Shown one piece after another: positions 36,834 through 43,150 of a DNA stretch of 43,150 nucleotides. The stretch is from Spirochaetales bacterium (GTDB taxonomy: Bacteria > Spirochaetota > Spirochaetia > JABEVK01). Every line of letters begins with the position of its first letter. Positions within the stretch are counted from its first letter, which is position 1. Made by a program: the position numbers and the translations under genes. A model generated the notes under the pieces. The model ran no database searches. It was not told where the DNA came from and saw only the letters and a list, made by a program, of their open reading frames with translations. The stretch is taken from the NCBI GenBank assembly GCA_037142615.1, contig JBAXAI010000032.1, positions 1-43,150 on the forward strand, given 5' to 3'.

Positions 36834-37462
36834 CCTGCCAACGATTCGAAGCCGAGCAAAAGAGCCAACGACAGGACCGTTATCCCGATCACGACATCGA
36901 GAACGCGCCATGTGAGGGGTCGGCGGAACAAGGGTGCCAAAAGTGCCGCGCCGTAGCTCACACCGAAGAACCACGTGAACGACACCAGGGCAGCGCCTGC
37001 CACGAACCACGGTTGCTCGGCAGGGGGGTGCCTGCCCCCGAGCGTTCCCAGAAGGATCATATCCAGCCACACGTGGGGATTCAGGAGGGTAAAGCCCAAA
37101 AGGAGAACCACCGTGCGGCCGAGGCTTTGCGAAGAGGTTTCGGCCGAGCTTTCCAAGGACTCCGACTTCCAGGCCCGAACCAAGCTGACAACCCCAAACC
37201 AGGCCAGGTACGCGGCTCCCACCCAGGTGATGCCCCGCAACAGGAAGGGAAAAACCTGAAACAACGTGCCAAGGCCCAGGACTCCAGCCGTGCAGAGCGA
37301 AAGGTCCAGCACACTGCACAGCAAGGCGGTCACAAAAACGTGACTCCTCGCCAGTCCCTGTTTGAGTACAAAGGCATTTTGAGCGCCGATGGCGACGATG
37401 AGGCTGGTACAGACAGCCACGCCTTCTGCGAGCGCCGCAGGGCCGCCAGAGAGAAAATCCAT
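36830..37462 (-). CDS. LysE/ArgO family amino acid exporter
   Basis: LIVAIGAQNAFVLKQGL and TLLNPHVWLD. Confidence 0.93.
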   Translation of the reverse strand: MDFLSGGPAALAEGVAVCTSLIVAIGAQNAFVLKQGLARSHVFVTALLCSVLDLSLCTAGVLGLGTLFQVFPFLLRGITWVGAAYLAWFGVVSLVRAWKSESLESSAETSSQSLGRTVVLLLGFTLLNPHVWLDMILLGTLGGRHPPAEQPWFVAGAALVSFTWFFGVSYGAALLAPLFRRPLTWRVLDVVIGITVLSLALLLGFESLAG

Positions 37463-37507
37463 TCTGGGAGGGTATCACAAACCGTTTTGACTGCGTATCC
37501 TGTAACC

Positions 37508-38032
37508 ATGGATCTGAAAACGCCTTGTGAGGCCCTCGAGGCCGCGTTCTTCCGGACAGACGACCCGAGGCTCGTTGAAAGCCATCGGGAACTTCATACC
37601 CTCGATATCACTTCCGGGCTTTGGGCCGAGGTCTCGGGTCTGCGGCATCCTCGGCTTCTGGAGCTTTGGGCGCAGTGGGAACTTCCAACCGCGACGGTGG
37701 CCGCGCTCGCCCTGGTCCCGGTGGCTGCGGCGCTCTGGGCCGATTCCAAGGTCGAGCCCAAAGAGCGCCGAGAGGTGCTCGACACGCTGGGCGACACCTT
37801 CTTCTTCGGCACCATTGTGAAAGACATCGTGAACGCCTGGCTTGACCGTCGGCCCGATCCCGCGTTGTTGCAGGCGTGGGATTCGCTTGTCGGTGCCTTG
37901 GTCCGCGCGGCAGCCCCGGCCGACCAGGCGTTGCTCGCCCAGGAGCTTTTGTGGGCTGCCCGCGAACTCTCTCACCGCGGTGCCGAGGAGAAGGCGCAAT
38001 ACGAACGGCTGGCCCGGGCCTTCCTGGTATGA
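37508..38032 (+). CDS. hypothetical protein, possibly TerB-like fold
   Basis: ATG at 37508 lies 6 nt after TATCCT. Motifs LEAAFF, LVPV...WAD.KV...ER and WL..RP. Confidence 0.65.
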   Translation: MDLKTPCEALEAAFFRTDDPRLVESHRELHTLDITSGLWAEVSGLRHPRLLELWAQWELPTATVAALALVPVAAALWADSKVEPKERREVLDTLGDTFFFGTIVKDIVNAWLDRRPDPALLQAWDSLVGALVRAAAPADQALLAQELLWAARELSHRGAEEKAQYERLARAFLV

Positions 38033-38041
38033 GGTAGACCA

Positions 38042-38221
38042 ATGGACCTGGAAGACGTCCGTACGGCGGCCCGACAGAAACTCAGGGGAATCTGGGCCGT
38101 GTACCCCCAATGTGACGGCAAGGCGCTCGGCTGGTGCGAAGCTGGGACTCTGAGCTTCCGGGGAGACACCTGTTTTTGCGACGAGAAGGACCACCACCGG
38201 AATCGCTCATGCATGACTTGA
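38042..38221 (+). pseudogene. 59-aa ORF, probable 5' remnant of an FMN-dependent alpha-hydroxy-acid dehydrogenase gene
   Basis: SD GAGG precedes the ATG. MDLEDVRTAARQKLRGIWAVYPQCDG resembles the N-terminus of that family, and the similarity then ends. Confidence 0.45.
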
Positions 38222-39078
38222 TCGAACTTCGTTCCGGAGACCTCTGCGTTGAGATTGCACCGCCTGGCAGCGACTATACGGCCTCGCGGTTTGACTGGAC
38301 AACCGGTGTGCGTCAGCTCACGTGGAAAGGCCATAAGTACCTTACGGCCGAGAACTTGGGTCTGCCGGGTCCCGAAGGGCAAGGCTGGGGACTCTCGGGC
38401 GAGTTCGGTATTCAGACCCCCGTGGGCTACGACGAGTGCCCGGCGGGGGAATGGTTTCCCAAGCTGGGGATCGGCTTGCTCCAGCGTTCCGATGCAAGGC
38501 CCTACCATTTCTTTCGGCCCTACGCGGTTCGTCCGGCGAGGTTCGAGATTCACGAGGAACCGGGGTCAGTTCGTCTGGCCGCAGTCCAAGACGAACATCG
38601 GGGTTGGGCCTGGCGGCTCGAACGCCACTGGTCGGTGGAGGGCAACCGCCTCACTCTGGTTACCTACCTGTGCAATACCGGACGCCACCGGCTGACCACC
38701 GAAGAGTACATCCACAACTTTCTGGCCTTGGAACCCGGCTACCGGCTCGAAGTGCCGGTGGAGCTCGAAAGTGAACCCCTGGCCGAGAAGGTCGACCCCG
38801 AGCAACTGCTGTCGGTAAGAGGATCGCGGGTGGAATGGAAACAGCGCGCGGCGCAGGATTTCTTTTTCAGCCGCACCGCCCTGCCCGCGCCCCGGCACTG
38901 GACGCTCCGCGACCCCCAAGCCGGGACCTGGCTTCGCGAAGACGTGACGTTTGAGCCAACCAAGTTCAACCTCTGGGGAAGGGGTCACGTGGTTAGCCCC
39001 GAGCTGTTTTGGGCGGTAGACCTCGCACAGGGGGATGAACTTGTCAGCACCCGGGTGTGGTCCGTGGGTCAAGACTAG
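38209..39078 (+). CDS. hypothetical protein, galactose mutarotase/aldose-epimerase-like fold
   Basis: Y..SRFDWT, GL.GEF, FPKLGIG, YIHNF and VVSPE motifs; beta-rich. Confidence 0.65.
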   Translation: MHDLIELRSGDLCVEIAPPGSDYTASRFDWTTGVRQLTWKGHKYLTAENLGLPGPEGQGWGLSGEFGIQTPVGYDECPAGEWFPKLGIGLLQRSDARPYHFFRPYAVRPARFEIHEEPGSVRLAAVQDEHRGWAWRLERHWSVEGNRLTLVTYLCNTGRHRLTTEEYIHNFLALEPGYRLEVPVELESEPLAEKVDPEQLLSVRGSRVEWKQRAAQDFFFSRTALPAPRHWTLRDPQAGTWLREDVTFEPTKFNLWGRGHVVSPELFWAVDLAQGDELVSTRVWSVGQD

Positions 39079-39100
39079 CCGAAAGAGCGTCGCAAACCCG

Positions 39101-39766
39101 TTACCACAAGCCGGGTTCACCCGCAAGCGTGGCCAGTCGGTCCGCCCAGCGCTGAAGCATAGCTTCGCGCTGTTCCGGCGTCGAACGCCCGGGCATGTGG
39201 CTGGCCTGGGGCGCCAGGGTCTTCATGCCGGTGTAGTACAGCATGCCGTGGTTCACGGGCCAGAGCACGTTGTCGAGCAGGTGGCCGTTGAGGCCGTCGG
39301 GGCCATAGAGTTCTGCCCCGCCACCCGTGGTGAGGCAGCACAGGGCCGTTTTTGCCGAAAGAAGTCCCTTGTCGTAAATGGCCCCATGACCATAGGCAAA
39401 GCCCAGAATGAGCACGCGGTCCATCCAGCCCTTGAGGATAGCCGGAAGGCCAAACCACCACAGCGGAAAGTTCAGGATGACAAGATCGGCCTTCTGCAGT
39501 TTCTTCACTTCGGTAGCCAGCTCGGCAGAAAAGCCCGCTTCGAGGCCTTTTTCCCAGGCGGCACCCTGCTCGCGCTGGTAACGGAAGTGCTCGTCGAGTT
39601 GCTGGTGAAAATCGCCACGGCCGCCGACTGGGTTGAAGTTCAGCGCATAGAGGTCACTGACTTCGACGTGATGACCAGCCGCAGCAAGGGTCTGGACTGC
39701 GGTGTCTTTGAGGGCCGAGCAGAAACTTTTCGGCTCGGGATGGGCGTGTACAATGAGAACGTTCAT
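39101..39766 (-). CDS. NAD(P)H:quinone oxidoreductase (flavodoxin-2 fold)
   Basis: AHPEPKSF, SDLY, FPLWWFGLPAILKGWMDRV and TTGG motifs; SD AAGGAG. Confidence 0.93.
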   Translation of the reverse strand: MNVLIVHAHPEPKSFCSALKDTAVQTLAAAGHHVEVSDLYALNFNPVGGRGDFHQQLDEHFRYQREQGAAWEKGLEAGFSAELATEVKKLQKADLVILNFPLWWFGLPAILKGWMDRVLILGFAYGHGAIYDKGLLSAKTALCCLTTGGGAELYGPDGLNGHLLDNVLWPVNHGMLYYTGMKTLAPQASHMPGRSTPEQREAMLQRWADRLATLAGEPGLW

Positions 39767-39801
39767 TCGGGCTCCTTATTGGAATACGGGCAAATGGCGC
39801 T

Positions 39802-41609
39802 TCAGTTCGTCAAAACTTCCAAGCGGTCAATCAGCGTAGACAGCACTTCAAACCCCTTTTCCATGGCCTGCGAAGTGGTCATGTCGATCCCTGCGTGGCG
39901 CAGCGCATCCATCGGATACAGCGAGCTTCCTGCCGAGAGAAACTCAAGGTAGCGTTCGGCGGCCCCGGCTTCACCGGCCAGAATGGGACCCGCCAGGGCG
40001 TGCGCGGCGCTGATCCCGTGGCGTATTGAAACACGTAGAAATTGGCGTACAGGTGATTGAACTGCGCCCACGTCGAGCCCTCGCGCTCGCGGTCGAGTTC
40101 GACCTCGCCGCCATAACCCTCGGCAAACAAGTCGGCCATCAAGGTGTTCAGATCACCGGCAGTGACACCACGCCCCGCCTCAACCCGGGCGTGCACTTCG
40201 CGCTCAAAACGGGCCAGAGTGGGCATGATGAAGAAATATCGGTGGAAGTTCTCGAGCGCCTCTTCGAGAAGGGCAATTTGAAAGTCCTTGTCCTTTTGCT
40301 GCTCAAACAGGTAAGCACGCGTCAGGGCCTGGTGGAAGTTGGAGGCCACCTCGGCGACGAAGATGCTGTAGTTGCTATAGACTCCCGGCTGCCTCTTCCA
40401 CGAGTGGTAGCTGTGCAGGGAGTGGCCCAACTCGTGGGTCAGCGTGCTGACGGAAGACAGGTCGTCGGAGTAACTCGTCATGATGAAAGGAGCTGTTCCC
40501 CGGCTTCCACCGCTGAAGGCCCCGCTCCCCTTGCCCTGGGTGGGGTACACATCGACCCACCGTTGCTCGAGGCAACCGCGAACCAGCGCCTCGGTGTACG
40601 CTTTGCCCAGCGGGGCCATCGCCTTGCCGATCCAGTCAATCGCCTGCTCGTAGCTGACGGCCGGGGCTTTGGCGGTGAGCGGGGCCCAGATGTCCCAGTG
40701 ATGAAGTTTCTCGACGCCCAGGGCCTTGCGGCGAACTCGCCAGTAGCGGTGCCAGACCTTTTGGTGCTTGGCAAACGTGGTCAAGGTGTTTTCGAAGGCG
40801 GCCTGAGGGATGTTGTCGCCAAAAAGCGCCGCTTCGAGCGAGGAGCCAAAGCCTCGCATGCGGGCCTGAAAGACATCCTTCTTGACGGATGCGACGAGGG
40901 TCGCGGCGTACGACGGTCCGTTTGCCAAATGCGCGTCGCAGAAGCTTTCCCAAGCATGCTGGCGCAGAGTGCGGTCGGGGTGAGCCAGAAAGTTTTCGAT
41001 GGTGCTCTGGGCAAGCCTGTGCGACTGCCCGGCGCTGTCGAGCACCGGTTGAAACTTCAGGTCGCTGTCCACTTGAAGGGTGTGGATGGTGTAGAAGCTT
41101 CCGAAAACGTCCTGTGCGGCTCCGAGCACCTCTTCGACCTCGGCAGAACGCACGTGTTTCTGCTTTCGGAACAGGTCATCGACAGAGTGCTGGTACACAG
41201 CCAGCAATGGGGAGGCCCTCATCCACGTCTTGAGCGTTGCGAGGCCGATCGCCAGCAATTCCGGGCTGGCAAACGAGACGGCACCCGAGTACCGCCCCGC
41301 TAACGAACCGGCTTGGCTGTTGCGCGCCACGGCGGACTGATCGCCCGTATCCACGGTCGTACTCATGTAGGCCCAGAACACGAGAGCCTCGAGTCGGGCC
41401 GACAACGAGTCCTCAAGCGTCAAGTACCTCAGCAGTTGCTCAGGTCCCTGGGAAAAGGTTCCGGCAAAACCTTCGAGTTCGGTGACTCGAGCCGCCAACG
41501 CTTCGTATTCGGCTTGCCACGCCGCGCCATCGGCAAAGACCGACTGGGCATTCCACTGATACTTCTCTGCAACGGCAGATCGGGGCACTTGGTCATTCAT
41601 GGGGGCCAT
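39802..41609 (-). pseudogene. pepF: oligoendopeptidase F (M3B) with a one-base frameshift near the 3' end (real lesion or sequence error)
   Basis: HELGH zinc motif, FVAEVAS and GAFS. FYVFQYATG continues as ISAAHAL...GSSLYPMDAL in another frame. Confidence 0.85.
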
Positions 41610-41610
41610 C

Positions 41611-42639
41611 TTACGCTCGGGGCAAAGCCTGATGCAAGTCCAAAACTGCGAGCGCAGCTTCCCAGCTTCGAGTCTGGTTGAGCGCGTCGCGCAGCGTCTC
41701 GCCGCCTTCCCAGTCCCGGGTGTAGATCTTGTAGAAGCTCTTGAGCATGTCGTAGCCCTTTTGACCGGCCCAGACGCGCTGGTGCTCGCGGATGTGCAGT
41801 TCCATCATGGCGACCTTTTCGGCGGGGGGCACTTGGGAAAAGCGCCGCTCATCGGTACGGAAGAGCAGCGGATCCCGGAAGATTCCACGGCCGACCATGA
41901 GGCCATCGACGTTGCTCTGAGCCTGGCGAATGGGCAGGTCTTCGCGCTGAAAGAGATCCCCATTGCCAATGACGCGCGTGGCAACCCCGGCCGCGTCGCG
42001 GAGCTTCACGACTTTGGCGATCTCGTCCCAATCGGCTTCCCCATCCGACATTTGAGCCGCGATTCGGCCGTGGATGGTCAGCGCGGGCAGTCCGAGTTCC
42101 AAAAGAAAGCTGGCCCACGCCTCGGTCTTGCGGGTCTTGACCCCCAAGCGGGTCTTGACGCTCACCGGCGCCGAACCGGCGGACTCCCGGGCGGCCTGGA
42201 TCAGCTCGGCAGCGAGGGCAGGCCGGTCGATCAGGCCTGCGCAGCTCCCGCGGCGGACCACCTTGACCGCCGGGCAGCCCATATTGATGTCGATGCCCCG
42301 GAACCCCGCTTCCAGCAACCGGGGAACGCACTTTCGGTAGTCCTCCGGTTCGTTTCCCCAGATTTGGGCCACCAGAAACGGCGCCGGTGCCTTGCCTGGG
42401 CCCCGCAGCCGAAGTTCCAAAGGATCAATCCACGCTCTCTGCTTGGCGAAACGTCGCTTGGTGTGCAACAACTCGGTCGTGTTGATGAACTCGCTCATCA
42501 GCACATGGGGCGGCCCCCAGAGCGCGATAAGCCTGCGGAACACGGTGTCGGTGACGTCTTCCATGGGGGCGAGAACGGTGAACCCTGGAGGAAGGCTGGA
42601 CCAGAAGTTCACGGGTTTTGCCCCCGAGAGAGGAGCCAT
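41611..42639 (-). CDS. dus: tRNA-dihydrouridine synthase
   Basis: LAPMEDVTD, QIWG, DINMGCP, VSVKTRLG, TIHGR, NGD and GLMVGRG. Confidence 0.93.
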   Translation of the reverse strand: MAPLSGAKPVNFWSSLPPGFTVLAPMEDVTDTVFRRLIALWGPPHVLMSEFINTTELLHTKRRFAKQRAWIDPLELRLRGPGKAPAPFLVAQIWGNEPEDYRKCVPRLLEAGFRGIDINMGCPAVKVVRRGSCAGLIDRPALAAELIQAARESAGSAPVSVKTRLGVKTRKTEAWASFLLELGLPALTIHGRIAAQMSDGEADWDEIAKVVKLRDAAGVATRVIGNGDLFQREDLPIRQAQSNVDGLMVGRGIFRDPLLFRTDERRFSQVPPAEKVAMMELHIREHQRVWAGQKGYDMLKSFYKIYTRDWEGGETLRDALNQTRSWEAALAVLDLHQALPRA

Positions 42640-42699
42640 GACGCTTTGAGCATGGCGGATATGCTACCTTGCCTCGCTGGCTTGGGCTATACTGAAGGG

Positions 42700-43150
42700 A
42701 TGAAAAGACTGCTCGGCACGGTTGTGGCGGGGGGACTGCTCCTTGCCTCTTGCTCTCTGTTCGAAACGACTGTCAACCGGGACCTTCGCGCGGTTTGGAG
42801 CCCAGACGGAGCGGGTCTGCTGGTCGTTGGCAGCCAGTACACGACCCTCCACCCGGAAGAACCGTATTTCAACGCCACCTCGGGTCACGACTGGCAGGTA
42901 ATTCTGGAAACGGCCGACGTGAACGCTGCCAACCCTTTAGCGGCCCGCACACCGCTCGATAGCTTCGCCGAGGGAGGAGAGGCGGCGCCAGTCGCGCAAG
43001 GGGGCGACGCACAGTACAACCCGGTGTACTGGTATCCAGAGCTGAAGCGCGTGATCTTCACCGGCCCATTGGCGCAAGTACGTGATGTGGTTGCCCATAC
43101 AAGCTGGATGGTCCCCCTGCCCCCCTCGGAACCCCTGACCGGGCAACTGG
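42700..43150 (+). CDS. putative lipoprotein, 3'-partial (absent from the ORF track)
   Basis: ATG at 42700; signal peptide MKRLLGTVVAGGLLLAS-C with a lipobox; WSPDG motif; frame open to the window end. Confidence 0.75.
   Translation, partial: MKRLLGTVVAGGLLLASCSLFETTVNRDLRAVWSPDGAGLLVVGSQYTTLHPEEPYFNATSGHDWQVILETADVNAANPLAARTPLDSFAEGGEAAPVAQGGDAQYNPVYWYPELKRVIFTGPLAQVRDVVAHTSWMVPLPPSEPLTGQL

Overview
A gene-dense, high-GC bacterial chromosomal window. It is probably from a Spirochaetota member, inferred from a spirochete-type CheY N-terminus, a barrel/FlgD-Ig/OmpA surface protein and a lipoprotein. Bases 1-13266 are one tightly coupled signalling operon: two paralogous GAF/PAS hybrid histidine kinases, two GAF/PAS sensors with no output domain, a small STAS/SEC14-like protein, a REC-kinase and a CheY-like regulator. 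The middle of the window holds kup, the large Ig-repeat/OmpA protein, a TetR and Fe-S gene pair with a palindromic operator, a c-di-GMP module, a BioY ECF transporter operon, VIT1, yaeQ and tyrS. The right part holds an MCP-hemerythrin, hemL, lysE, a quinone reductase, a frameshifted pepF, dus and a partial lipoprotein. Two patterns stand out. About 11 genes have a -10-like hexamer 6-7 nt before the ATG and no Shine-Dalgarno, consistent with leaderless mRNAs. The first operon looks like a 'split' sensor/kinase system. No rRNA, tRNA, CRISPR array or mobile element was seen. All family calls are from motif recognition by eye; no database search was run.
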